Below, in pieces: positions 9,054-17,875 of a stretch of DNA of 54,956 nt. Position 1 is the first letter of the stretch; each line of letters starts with the position of its first letter. The notes under the pieces are model-generated. The model was not told the origin of the DNA and ran no database searches. It was given only the letters and a program-made list of their open reading frames with translations. The stretch covers positions 1-54,956 of the forward strand of contig JAUNJB010000003.1 of assembly GCA_030535375.1 (NCBI GenBank), read 5' to 3'. This stretch comes from Clostridia bacterium (GTDB lineage: Bacteria; Bacillota; Clostridia; Christensenellales; Aristaeellaceae). A program made the position numbers and the translations under genes.

Positions 9054-10433
9054 TCAGCAAAGCAGCTTTTTGATGCGCCGCATTCCCTCGGACAGATCTT
9101 CGAGCCGGGCCGGGGTCGTCACGGAGATCCTGATGGTTCTGGGGGCGGGCCTGTTTCCGATCGCAAATCGTTCCGCGCCGTATACCTGTACGCCCGCCTG
9201 TCTTGCGCAGATTTCAAAGCTTTTGCCGGTAAAGTGCTCCGGCAGATGGATATAGCGCAGCGGGCAGGTCGTTTCGCCTGCGATGGGATATCCCCGCAGC
9301 GCTTCATTGACGATGAGATTGCGCGTGACGATCCTCCGCTTTCTCTCGGAGATGATTTCCTCTGTAATCCCCTCTTCGATCAGACCGGACGCCACCGTGG
9401 CCAGGAGCGGGGATACCGATATATTCATGGAGTACAGCGCCGTGACCAGTTCCTGGCGATACCGGTCGGGAACGTGGATAAACGCGGTGCGCAGCCCGGC
9501 CGATACGCACTTGGACAGGCTCGACAGATAGACGATGTGATCCGGAGCGAACGAGGCGATCGGCGGGAGCGGATCTTCTGTGAGAAAGTGGTTGATGCCG
9601 TCCTCGATCACGAGCAGATTGTCCTCCCGGGCGATTTTGGCGATCATTTTGCGGGTTTCCAAGGACATGATGTGCGTGGTGGGATTGTGGAAATCCGGGA
9701 TCACGTAGATTCCCTTGATGTTTTCGTTCTGGATGGCGTATCGGATGCCCTCTTCGGTCATTTCATTGTTTCGCTCCTGCACGGGAATCAGGTGCATGCC
9801 CAGAAGCTTTGCGGATGTTTTCACGCCGGGATAAGTCAGGGGATCTACGCCGATCTTGTCCCCTCTTTCAAAGAGCGCTCCCAGTGCGGCGGTCAGCGCA
9901 TTTTGTCCGCCCGCAGCGAGCACGATATGCCGGGAATCCGTGCAAAGTCCCGATTTGCGCATCCAGAGCGCGCCCGCTTCGCGATGTCTCAGCGTGCCCT
10001 CCGGCGTCCCGTAAGAGAATAGATGCAGGGCATCAGGATGCCTTGTCAGCGCCTCCATGTGCTGCATAACCCTGTCGTTGCACTCGATAGAGGGAACGAT
10101 GGCACCCATCTCGATGATCTGCGCGTTTTCACTGCCGCAAAGAAGGACGGGCTCCGTTGTTGCGCCGGAGGATATGAATGTTCCGCAGCCGACGGAAGCG
10201 GACAGCAGTCCTTTCTGCTCACATAATTTGAAGGCGCGTGATACGGTGCTCAGATTTATATTCAGAAAGTCGGCCAGTTCGCGTTGGGGAGGCAGCTTTG
10301 TCCCCGCCTTGAGCACGCCGTTTTTGACATCCTCCTCCAGCAGCCTGACAAGCGCCAGATATTTGGGCCCGGCTGCTCCGCTCAGATTGGGCTTCCAGCT
10401 CATCGGGTAATCGTCAAATGAATTGATGGACAT
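9054..10433 (-). CDS. MocR/GabR-family regulator (GntR wHTH fused to a PLP aminotransferase-like domain)
   Basis: N-terminal ...LPPQRELADFLNINLSTVSRAFKLCEQKGLL GntR-type HTH, plus a ~350-aa fold-type-I aminotransferase-like domain (...YLSSLSKCVSAGLRTAF...). Confidence 0.85.
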   Translation of the reverse strand: MSINSFDDYPMSWKPNLSGAAGPKYLALVRLLEEDVKNGVLKAGTKLPPQRELADFLNINLSTVSRAFKLCEQKGLLSASVGCGTFISSGATTEPVLLCGSENAQIIEMGAIVPSIECNDRVMQHMEALTRHPDALHLFSYGTPEGTLRHREAGALWMRKSGLCTDSRHIVLAAGGQNALTAALGALFERGDKIGVDPLTYPGVKTSAKLLGMHLIPVQERNNEMTEEGIRYAIQNENIKGIYVIPDFHNPTTHIMSLETRKMIAKIAREDNLLVIEDGINHFLTEDPLPPIASFAPDHIVYLSSLSKCVSAGLRTAFIHVPDRYRQELVTALYSMNISVSPLLATVASGLIEEGITEEIISERKRRIVTRNLIVNEALRGYPIAGETTCPLRYIHLPEHFTGKSFEICARQAGVQVYGAERFAIGNRPAPRTIRISVTTPARLEDLSEGMRRIKKLLC

Positions 10434-10471
10434 GGCTTCATCGTTCCTTTGTATGTATGATGATCTGTAAA

Positions 10472-10511
10472 ATTGTCATGCATACAATTTAAACATTGTT
10501 TGCATGCATAG
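10472..10511. promoter_or_regulatory. candidate MocR operator: two ATTGT-N-ATGCATA repeats
   Basis: ATTGTCATGCATACAAT (10472..10488, itself ATTGT-N7-ACAAT) and ATTGTTTGCATGCATAG (10495..10511), in the AT-rich divergent region. The second repeat overlaps the -35 of the aminotransferase promoter. Confidence 0.4.
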
Positions 10512-10524
10512 ACAAGGCTATAAT
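10496..10524 (+). promoter_or_regulatory. sigma-A-type promoter candidate for the aminotransferase gene
   Basis: TTGTTT-17 nt-TATAAT. Confidence 0.5.
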
Positions 10525-10602
10525 GAAATATACGGTATTTCTGATGGGTAAAAAGCGCGGGGTACCGCATAGAATTGGAAATATGAAGCGAGGTATGCAG
10601 CG

Positions 10603-11787
10603 ATGAGCATAAAAGACCTGTTGTCCGAGGGAATTCAATCCACACCGCCCTCCTTTGTCCGGGGAATTCTGAAAGCGGCGTCCGATCCGGATGTCATCTC
10701 ATTTGCCGGTGGGTTGCCCAATCCCATTTCATTTCCGCAGGAGGAGCTTTTGGCTTCCATGGAGCGCATTGTGCGGACCTATGGGAGCAAGGTGTTCCAA
10801 TACTCCATCACGGCGGGGCTGCCGGAGCTCAGGCAGTATATCGCCGAGCGGTATAATCGCAGATTCGGGCTTCATCTGACCGCCGACAACATCATCATGA
10901 CCACAGGCTCTCAGCAGGCGTTGGATCTGATCGCCAAGGTGCTGCTGGACAAGGGCGACGGCGTGATTGTGGAAAAGCCGACGTATCTCGCCGCGATCCA
11001 GGCATTTTCGCTCAACCAGCCCGAGTTTTATCCGGTTGAGCTGACGGATGAGGGACTGCACATCGGCCAGCTTGAGAAGGCGCTTGAAAACCGCGTCAAA
11101 TTCATCTACACCATTCCGAACTTTCAGAATCCGACGGGTCTGACCTATTCCGAGGAGAACAGGAATCAGGTCTGCGCGCTTTTGAAGGGGCGCGATATCG
11201 TGCTGATTGAGGATGATCCCTATGGAGAACTGAGATTTGATGGGGAGAGCCTGCCCTACATCGGCGCCGGAAAACTGCCGTACAGCATTTTGCTGGGCAC
11301 GTTCTCCAAGACGGTGACGCCGGGCATGCGCACGGGGTTCATCATATCGGAAAATACGGAGCTGCTCAGGCATATTTCCATCGCCAAGGAAGCCAGCGAT
11401 CTGCACACCAATATCTTCTCGCAATATCTGATCTGGGATTATCTGACACACAACAGCCTGGATGCGCACATCGCCGGAATCAAGGCGCTGTACAGAAAGC
11501 AGGCGCAGGCAATGATGGACGCGATGAAGCGCTATTTCCCCGCGACGGTGAAGTATACGCAGCCGCATGGGGGCATGTTCCTGTGGGTGACGCTGCCCGA
11601 GGGCATGAGCGCGATGAAGCTGTTTCCCAAGGCATTGGAGCGGAGGGTCGCCTTCGTTCCGGGCGATCCGTTTTACATCGATGTCCAGGATGCCAACACG
11701 CTGCGGCTCAATTACACCAATGCCGACTGTGACACCATTGCGGAGGGCATCCGCAGATTGGGTGATCTGCTGAAAGAGGAACCATGA
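10603..11787 (+). CDS. PLP-dependent aminotransferase, class I/II (2-aminoadipate/aromatic aminotransferase-like)
   Basis: ...ISFAGGLPNP...TTGSQQALDL...PNFQNPTG...GTFSKTVTPGMRTGF... (the last block holds the PLP lysine). Transcribed divergently from the MocR gene. Confidence 0.85.
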   Translation: MSIKDLLSEGIQSTPPSFVRGILKAASDPDVISFAGGLPNPISFPQEELLASMERIVRTYGSKVFQYSITAGLPELRQYIAERYNRRFGLHLTADNIIMTTGSQQALDLIAKVLLDKGDGVIVEKPTYLAAIQAFSLNQPEFYPVELTDEGLHIGQLEKALENRVKFIYTIPNFQNPTGLTYSEENRNQVCALLKGRDIVLIEDDPYGELRFDGESLPYIGAGKLPYSILLGTFSKTVTPGMRTGFIISENTELLRHISIAKEASDLHTNIFSQYLIWDYLTHNSLDAHIAGIKALYRKQAQAMMDAMKRYFPATVKYTQPHGGMFLWVTLPEGMSAMKLFPKALERRVAFVPGDPFYIDVQDANTLRLNYTNADCDTIAEGIRRLGDLLKEEP

Positions 11788-11810
11788 AAAAAGCGGCCAG
11801 TGGCCGCTCG
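11787..11810 (-). terminator. hairpin with its U-tract on the minus strand only, at the 3' end of repeat copy B
   Basis: The minus strand reads GCGGCC-act-GGCCGC-TTTTTT. On the plus strand the same hairpin follows the aminotransferase stop but is followed by CGCCCC, so there is no U-tract. Confidence 0.55.
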
Positions 11811-11883
11811 CCCCTCCCGAAAATCGCCGCAAATCGCCCAATGAGGGCGAACGCAGCCGATTTTTACGCAATTTCTTATAAAG
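11804..11883 (-). repeat. intergenic repeat, copy B (terminator-proximal element)
   Basis: The reverse complement reads CTTTATAAGAAATTGCGTAAAAATCGGCTGCGTTCGCCCTCATTGGGCGATTTGCGGCGATTTTCGGGAGGGGCGAGCGG. It lies between the KduD-role SDR gene terminator and a second hairpin + T-run. Confidence 0.8.
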
Positions 11884-11884
11884 T

Positions 11885-11919
11885 AAAAAGGCATCCTCTT
11901 GTTCCGTGCGGACAAGGGG
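11885..11919 (-). terminator. intrinsic terminator downstream of the KduD-role SDR gene
   Basis: The minus strand reads CCCCTTGT-ccgcacgga-ACAAGAGG-atgc-CTTTTT. Confidence 0.6.
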
Positions 11920-11946
11920 ATACCTTTATTTGACGCGGATAAAGCG

Positions 11947-12750
11947 TTACGGCTGCTTGCCGATGTACGCCAGGATGCCGCCGTCCACATACAGGATGTG
12001 GCCGTTGACGAAGTTGGAGGCGTCGGAGGCGAGGAACACGGCCGGGCCCTGAAGATCCTCGGTTTTGCCCCAGCGGGCAGCCGGCGTCTTGGAGATGATG
12101 AACTGATCAAACGGATGACGGCTGCCGTCCGCCTGGCGCTCGCGCAGCGGAGCGGTCTGCGGGGTCTCGATGTAGCCCGGGCCGATGCCGTTGCACTGAA
12201 TGTTGGCCTCGCCATACTCGGAGCAGATGTTGCGGGTCAGCATCTTGAGGCCGCCCTTAGCCGCCGCGTAGGCGGAAACGGTCTCGCGGCCCAGCTCGCT
12301 CATCATGGAGCAGATGTTGATGATCTTGCCGTGGCCCTTTTCGATCATGCCCGGAATGCACGCCTTGGAGACGATGAACGGGGCGTTGAGGTCCACGTCG
12401 ATGACCTTGCGGAAATCGGCGGCGCTCATCTCGAGCATTGGGATGCGCTTGATGATGCCGGCGTTGTTGACCAGGATGTCGATGATGCCGACTTCCTCGC
12501 GGATCTTGGCCACGGTGGCCTGCACGGCCGCCTCGTCGGTCACGTCGCAGACGTAGCCATGCGCCTTGATGCCCTTTTCTTCATAGGCGGCGACGCCCTT
12601 GTTGACCAGATCCTGGTTGATGTCGTTAAAGACGATGGTCGCGCCGGCGTCAGAGAGCGCGTTTGCGATCGCGAAGCCGATGCCGTAGGAAGCGCCGGTA
12701 ACGAAAGCCACCTTGCCCTCCAGGCTGAAATTCTTCATAAAGTCGTTCAT
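11947..12750 (-). CDS. SDR oxidoreductase, gluconate 5-dehydrogenase type (likely the KduD role next to kduI)
   Basis: GKVAFVTGASYGIGFAIA (TGxxxGIG), NNAG, and ...INICSMMSELGRETVSAYAAAKGGLKMLTR... (S...YxxxK). It is closest, from memory, to IdnO-type enzymes. The ATG at 12750 has GAAGGAGG upstream. Confidence 0.85.
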   Translation of the reverse strand: MNDFMKNFSLEGKVAFVTGASYGIGFAIANALSDAGATIVFNDINQDLVNKGVAAYEEKGIKAHGYVCDVTDEAAVQATVAKIREEVGIIDILVNNAGIIKRIPMLEMSAADFRKVIDVDLNAPFIVSKACIPGMIEKGHGKIINICSMMSELGRETVSAYAAAKGGLKMLTRNICSEYGEANIQCNGIGPGYIETPQTAPLRERQADGSRHPFDQFIISKTPAARWGKTEDLQGPAVFLASDASNFVNGHILYVDGGILAYIGKQP

Positions 12751-12810
12751 GGGAAAAACCTCCTTCATATTGTTGTCCTATCTGAGCCGATGATGATCCG
12801 GCGCGGTCGG

Positions 12811-13647
12811 TCAGCGCAGGTCGATCGGATCGATGTTGTCCATGTCGTCAAACTCCTGGTTTTCACCGCACATGCCCCAGATAAAGGTGTAATTGCTGGT
12901 GCCCACGCCGGTATGGATGGACCAAGACGGGGAGATCACGGCCTGCTCATTGTGCATGAGCAGATGGCGGGTCTCGGTCGGTTCGCCCATCATGTGGAAG
13001 ACGACGTTGTTGTCCTTGAGCTCGAAGTAGAAGTAAACCTCCATGCGGCGCTCATGCGTGTGGCAGGGCATGGAATTCCAGTTGCTGCCGGGGGCGAGCT
13101 GGGTCATGCCCATGCACAGCTGGCAGCTCTGCATGACGGCGGGATGGATGTACTGGTTGATGACGCGCTTGTTGCAGGTTTCCACCGATCCGAGCGGGCG
13201 CTTATTGGCCTTGTCGATGTCGATCTTGACGGTCGGATAGGTCTTATGCGCCGGGCAGGTGTTGATGTAGAACTTGGCGGGGTTGGAAGGGTCCTCGCTG
13301 GCGAAGCTCAGCTCCTTGGCGCCCATGCCGACATAGAGGCCGTCATACTGCTTGAGATCGTAGACGGTGCCGTCCACGGTGATGGTGCCCTTGCCGCCGA
13401 TGTTGATGACGCCCATCTCGCGGCGCTGGAGGAAGGTGTCGGAGGCCAGCTCCTTGCAGCCGACCAGCTCGACGCTCCTGTCAACCGGCATCACGCCGCC
13501 GGCGATAATGCGGTCGAAGTGGGAGTAGGTGAGCATTGCCTCATTCGGGGCAAATACGGTTTCAATGAGGTACTCGCTGCGCAGGCGGTCTGTGGTATAG
13601 TGCTTGGCGTCCGCGGACGCGGAGGGCTGACGGACTGTCAGTTGCAT
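12811..13647 (-). CDS. kduI: 5-dehydro-4-deoxy-D-glucuronate isomerase
   Basis: [27 protein letters not shown]...[13 protein letters not shown]...[14 protein letters not shown] is the cupin KduI pattern. The ATG at 13647 has AGAGGAGG upstream. Confidence 0.9.
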   Translation of the reverse strand: MQLTVRQPSASADAKHYTTDRLRSEYLIETVFAPNEAMLTYSHFDRIIAGGVMPVDRSVELVGCKELASDTFLQRREMGVINIGGKGTITVDGTVYDLKQYDGLYVGMGAKELSFASEDPSNPAKFYINTCPAHKTYPTVKIDIDKANKRPLGSVETCNKRVINQYIHPAVMQSCQLCMGMTQLAPGSNWNSMPCHTHERRMEVYFYFELKDNNVVFHMMGEPTETRHLLMHNEQAVISPSWSIHTGVGTSNYTFIWGMCGENQEFDDMDNIDPIDLR

Positions 13648-13861
13648 AGGAAAAACCTCCTCTTTCTCGTAGAACCATTTCAGGTGTTCTAAGTATAGCA
13701 CAATTTTCTATAAAAAACCAGATCATTGCGCGGTGATACGGGATTTTTGTATACTTTCTCGGTCAGGTTTGACAAGTGGTCTGATGTATAGAGGGCTCAC
13801 GCATGTTTTTTCCGCCATGTGGCAGAATAGGGGAAAATCATTTGTGAGAAGGAGGCCGCGC

Positions 13862-15325
13862 ATGGAGGACTCGATCACGCTGTGCCCGCTGCTTGCGCGC
13901 AACCTGGAGATTTTCCGCGACCGGCTCGGCGCGCCGACCAATGCGGATGTCATCGTGCGCAGATTTCGCTCGGGCGCGTTTGAATCGGCCGTTCTGGCGA
14001 TCGACGGCATGATCGACGCCAGGGAGATCGACGAGAACATTCTCAAGCCGTGCATGGATCTGCCGGATACGGCGGGCGAAAGCGTCCCGCCTGCGGAGCG
14101 CGTGGAATTCCTGATGGCGCACGCGGTATCCATCCTGCCGATGAAGATGAAGGAGAACGTCGACGAGATTCTCGCGGATGCGCTCAGCGGCCAGAGCGTG
14201 CTGCTGAGCGAGGGCTGCGCCGTGGCCTGCGTGATGGACACGCGGGGCTTTGAGAAGCGTTCCGTCGGCAGGCCGGAGGCGGAGCAGGTCGTTCTCGGCC
14301 CGCATGAGAGCTTCAACGAGTCCATCCGCACGAATATCACATTGCTGCGCCGGATCGTCCAGCGGGAGGAGCTGATCACCGAGTTCGTCACCGCGGGCGG
14401 GAAGATGAAGACGCGCTGCGCGCTGCTCTATTTGCGCGGGACGGCCGATGAGGCGATGGTCAGCCGCATCCGCGGGCGCATTGAATCGTGCGATTACGAT
14501 TTTGCGCTCACCACCGGCGAGATCGAGCAGCTGGTGGAGGAGCATCCGCTGTCGATCATTCCCCAGTGCGTGCGCACGGAGCGGCCCGATCGCGCGGCTT
14601 CCTTCCTGGCGGAGGGGCAGGTCGTCGTGCTCACAGACGGATCTCCTGCCGCGCTTGGCGCGCCCGCGACGCTCTGGCACCAGCTGCACACGCCGGACGA
14701 CGCCTCCATGCGCTGGCAATACGGCACCTTTCTGCGCTTGGTGCGCCTGCTCGGCGTGCTGATCCATGTGTTTTTGCCGGGCGCTTATCTGGCGGTTCTG
14801 CGCTTTCATCCGGAGCTGCTTTCCCCGATGCTGCTGACCAGCGTCTATGAGACGAGCAGCCGCGTGCCCATTCCGGTCTATCTGGAGGCGCTGCTCATGA
14901 CGCTCGCCTTTGACCTGATCAATGAGGCCGGCCTGCGCGCGCCCGGCGCGATGGGCAATGCGCTTGGCATCGTCTCCGGTCTGATCCTCGGGCAGAGCGC
15001 CGTCAGCGCGGATATCGTCAGCCCGCTTCTGCTGATCGTCGTGGCGGCCAGCGGACTGGGCGGTTTCTGTGTGCCGGGCTATGCGCTGAGCATCGGCCTC
15101 AAGCTCGTGCAGCTGCTGTTTTTGACAGCGGGCGCCATGGGCGGACTGTATGCCATGTGCCTGCTGCTGCTGTGCTTCTCCTGCGCGATGTGTATGCTCA
15201 GCTCCATCGGTTCGCCGCTGACGGCGCCGGTCACGCCGCACCGGAGCGCCAACCCGGATATTCTGCTGCGTCTGCCGCTCAGATTCCAGAAAGCGAGGGC
15301 CTTCTTTGCCAAACACCGTGCTTGA
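13862..15325 (+). CDS. spore germination protein, GerA/GerKA (A-subunit) family
   Basis: ...VIVRRFRSGAFESAVLAIDGMID...PEAEQVVLGPHESFNESIRTNITLLRRI... plus a C-terminal membrane domain. The ATG at 13862 has GAAGGAGG upstream. Confidence 0.85.
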   Translation: MEDSITLCPLLARNLEIFRDRLGAPTNADVIVRRFRSGAFESAVLAIDGMIDAREIDENILKPCMDLPDTAGESVPPAERVEFLMAHAVSILPMKMKENVDEILADALSGQSVLLSEGCAVACVMDTRGFEKRSVGRPEAEQVVLGPHESFNESIRTNITLLRRIVQREELITEFVTAGGKMKTRCALLYLRGTADEAMVSRIRGRIESCDYDFALTTGEIEQLVEEHPLSIIPQCVRTERPDRAASFLAEGQVVVLTDGSPAALGAPATLWHQLHTPDDASMRWQYGTFLRLVRLLGVLIHVFLPGAYLAVLRFHPELLSPMLLTSVYETSSRVPIPVYLEALLMTLAFDLINEAGLRAPGAMGNALGIVSGLILGQSAVSADIVSPLLLIVVAASGLGGFCVPGYALSIGLKLVQLLFLTAGAMGGLYAMCLLLLCFSCAMCMLSSIGSPLTAPVTPHRSANPDILLRLPLRFQKARAFFAKHRA

Positions 15326-16391
15326 AACGCGCGTGCGCGCCGCTTATCGTGCCCAGGCGTGCGCCGCGGCTATCTCTGTGGGCGCGATGGTGTTTTCCAT
15401 GGGCGCAGGCATCGCCATTACGATTTGTCTGAACGCCGCGTATATCAGCGCGCTCTCTGTCTTGCCGGTCACGGCGCTGACGGCCTTGGCCTGCCGGCGC
15501 TCGCTGCGCCGGCAGGCCGAGCGCAGCGGGCAGCAGAGAGCAGAAAGCGGCGGGCTTTCCCGCGCGCTGTGCGTGCTACTGGCGCTGACGCTTGTGGCCT
15601 GTGCCATATTCTGCCTGGCCGCGCTGGTCAACCTGGCCGAGCAGTCCCTGCTGCGGCAGGCGCGCATGACGTGGATAGCCGCGCTGTCGCTGCTGGCTGC
15701 CGGATTGTGCGCGCTCAGCGGAGGCACGGGCATCTCGCGCCTGGGCTTCATGCTCAGATGGATTTTGCCGGTGGGGCTGCTCGTCCTGTGCGCGCAGGGG
15801 CTTACGCTTGAATCGCACGCGGGGCTGTTCCCGCTGCTGGGCAGGGGCACATCCCAGCTGGGGCTTTCGGCGCTCGCTATGCTGGGCGGCGCGGCGCCCG
15901 TGCTGATGCTGATGCTTCCGCCGCCCGCGCTGCGCGAAGCGGGAGAGGAGGCGCAGCGCTGCCCCGTGCCGGGGCCGGGCTTTTTCATGGGCCGCGTGCT
16001 CGCGGGGGCGGTCGTGGGCATTGTGCTGCTGGTTGTGCTGGCGCTGTGCAACTCCTACGAGTCGCTCAGGACGCTGCAAAACTGGGGCGAGCGGATGTTT
16101 ATCCTCTGCTGCAACGAGCCGCGCGAGGGCATCTTTCAATCTCTGCTGACGCTGCTGCAGATCACCGCGATGATGATTGGCGCGGTGAGCATGATCTGTG
16201 CGGCGGAGCAGGCGCTCGTGCGCGCGTGGCCGGGGCTGGGCGCGCACCGGATGGGCCTGGCGCTCTGCCTGGTGCTGTGCGGCGCCGCGTTTTACGCGCT
16301 GATCCGCTTCGGATTTATCATTGCGCTTTCCTGCGCGCCGTTTTTGCTCATTCCGCTTGCGGTCTGTCTGCTGGGATCGGGAAGGATGTGA
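15306..16391 (+). CDS. spore germination protein, GerAB-type (B-subunit, APC-like permease)
   Basis: ~360-aa polytopic membrane protein placed between the A and C subunits. The TTG at 15306 has GAGGG 5 nt upstream and overlaps the gerA-type gene by 20 nt. The start is uncertain (alternatives up to the ATG at 15387). Confidence 0.7.
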   Translation: MPNTVLETRVRAAYRAQACAAAISVGAMVFSMGAGIAITICLNAAYISALSVLPVTALTALACRRSLRRQAERSGQQRAESGGLSRALCVLLALTLVACAIFCLAALVNLAEQSLLRQARMTWIAALSLLAAGLCALSGGTGISRLGFMLRWILPVGLLVLCAQGLTLESHAGLFPLLGRGTSQLGLSALAMLGGAAPVLMLMLPPPALREAGEEAQRCPVPGPGFFMGRVLAGAVVGIVLLVVLALCNSYESLRTLQNWGERMFILCCNEPREGIFQSLLTLLQITAMMIGAVSMICAAEQALVRAWPGLGAHRMGLALCLVLCGAAFYALIRFGFIIALSCAPFLLIPLAVCLLGSGRM

Positions 16392-16396
16392 ATGCT

Positions 16397-17629
16397 GTGA
16401 ATCATGTCTGTGCGAAAACGACGGCGATTGTCCTGATGCTGTGCGTGTGCCTGGCGCTGCTGGGCGGCTGCGGCGGCGGACAGGAGATCGAAAGCTGCCT
16501 GTTCGTGCTGGCGATGGCGATTGATCCCGCGCCGGACGGCAATCTGACGGTGACGGTGAAAGCGCTCTCCGGCACGCAGGAGGCCACGGGCGGGGGCAGC
16601 GAGTCCGCCTCGGGCGAAGGCACGTCGGAGGATTCCGGCGGAGGAGGCGAGCAAGGCGGCAGCATGGGCGGCATCTCCGCGCTGGAGCAGGCCGAGCCGG
16701 GCTATATCGTGCTCAGCGCGACGGCGTCCAGCTGCCTGCGTGCGCTCAGCCTGCTGAGCGCGACGACGCCGCGCAACGTCAATCTCTCGCAGCTGCGTGA
16801 GGTTGTCATCAACCGGACGCTCGCGGAGAGCGATGCGACGCTCTCCATTCTCAAGGAAATCCATTCGATGTACAATGCCAACGGCGGAGCGATTGTGGTG
16901 GTCACGCCGGATGACGCAGGGGACTTTATCCGGCGCCAGCGCGCCATCCTGGGCATCCGTCTGTCGAAATATCTGGAGGTGCTGTTTGATCACTTCGCGG
17001 AGATCGACACCATTCCGCCGGACGCGCAGCTTTCCGCGGTAATCGCGGCCATGGAGTCGAGCACCATCGACGCAACCGCCGTGTATGCCGCGGGCAACAA
17101 CTTTGAAAATACGCTTGTGCTCCCCGGCACATCCGAAACCGACCGCCTGCCCGGCCATCTGCCGCGCACGTCGCCGGCGGAGAATGAATACCTCGGCAGC
17201 GCGCTGTTTTCCGGCCCGCGCATGACCGGCGTGCTCACGGGGGATGAGACGGGATTTCTTTGCCTGATGATGGGCAAGGCGAAGACGCGCACGTCGTTCA
17301 TCAACGGCGCGCAGTACAAGACCAATCTCTCCACGCGCGTTGTTCGCAATATCGATAAGCAGACCGGCACGCTTGATATACGCATCAGCATGAATATGAC
17401 GCTCATCGCCGGGGAGGAGAGCCAGACGGCCGGGCACATTGCGGCCCAGATCGAGGAGGGAGCGGCCAACGTGCTGCGCAAACTGCAGACGGCTTCCTGC
17501 GACGCGATAGGCTTTGGGCGCATCGCGGTGCGAAGGAGCCTGGATATCCCCGGCTGGGAGAGCATTGGCTGGGAGAACGTGTACGTGGATTCGCCGGTAA
17601 AGGTGACGGTCAGGGTGGATGTGCTGTAA
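16397..17629 (+). CDS. spore germination lipoprotein, Ger(x)C family
   Basis: ...IVLMLCVCLALLGGCGG lipobox, then ...IESCLFVLAMAIDPAPDG..., typical of the GerAC N-terminus. Start is GTG at 16397 or 16388 (no in-frame ATG nearby). The 5' part of track ORF 16046..17629 overlaps the gerAB-type gene and is not coding. Confidence 0.75.
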   Translation: MNHVCAKTTAIVLMLCVCLALLGGCGGGQEIESCLFVLAMAIDPAPDGNLTVTVKALSGTQEATGGGSESASGEGTSEDSGGGGEQGGSMGGISALEQAEPGYIVLSATASSCLRALSLLSATTPRNVNLSQLREVVINRTLAESDATLSILKEIHSMYNANGGAIVVVTPDDAGDFIRRQRAILGIRLSKYLEVLFDHFAEIDTIPPDAQLSAVIAAMESSTIDATAVYAAGNNFENTLVLPGTSETDRLPGHLPRTSPAENEYLGSALFSGPRMTGVLTGDETGFLCLMMGKAKTRTSFINGAQYKTNLSTRVVRNIDKQTGTLDIRISMNMTLIAGEESQTAGHIAAQIEEGAANVLRKLQTASCDAIGFGRIAVRRSLDIPGWESIGWENVYVDSPVKVTVRVDVL

Positions 17630-17875
17630 GCGGCAGGCGTTTTCCATATTCCCGATCGAAAAGAGGCCGTCAGGCCGGTTTGGAACATTGCGGGAAAGCA
17701 ACTTTTCCGGGTAAATCAGGCTTTTTGCGGGCCTAATGCCGGCGCCCCGTCAAAGGGCTTTTTTCTGCTGCTTCCGTGGAGACAGAAAAAGCCTCTTTGA
17801 AAGCCTTTGGGCGTCAATGCTTGGTTTTTCCGGAAGATCCGGATTTTTACCCTGACGGCTCCCTTTTGAAACGCG

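Noticed and set aside
13648-13861. Search for a forespore (sigma-G/sigma-F type) promoter for the gerA operon and a KdgR-type operator for kduI in the divergent region. The AGAAC-N10-GTTCT inverted repeat near 13670..13690 was noted.
   Set aside because: No spacing-correct match to the sigma-G or sigma-F consensus could be found by eye. The short inverted repeat (5-6 bp arms) is within chance expectation.
16046-16387. 5' 114 codons of the 527-aa track ORF 16046..17629.
   Set aside because: This part overlaps the gerAB-type permease gene in another frame and reads as Arg/Ala-rich nonsense. The recognisable GerC lipoprotein begins at the GTG at 16388 or 16397.
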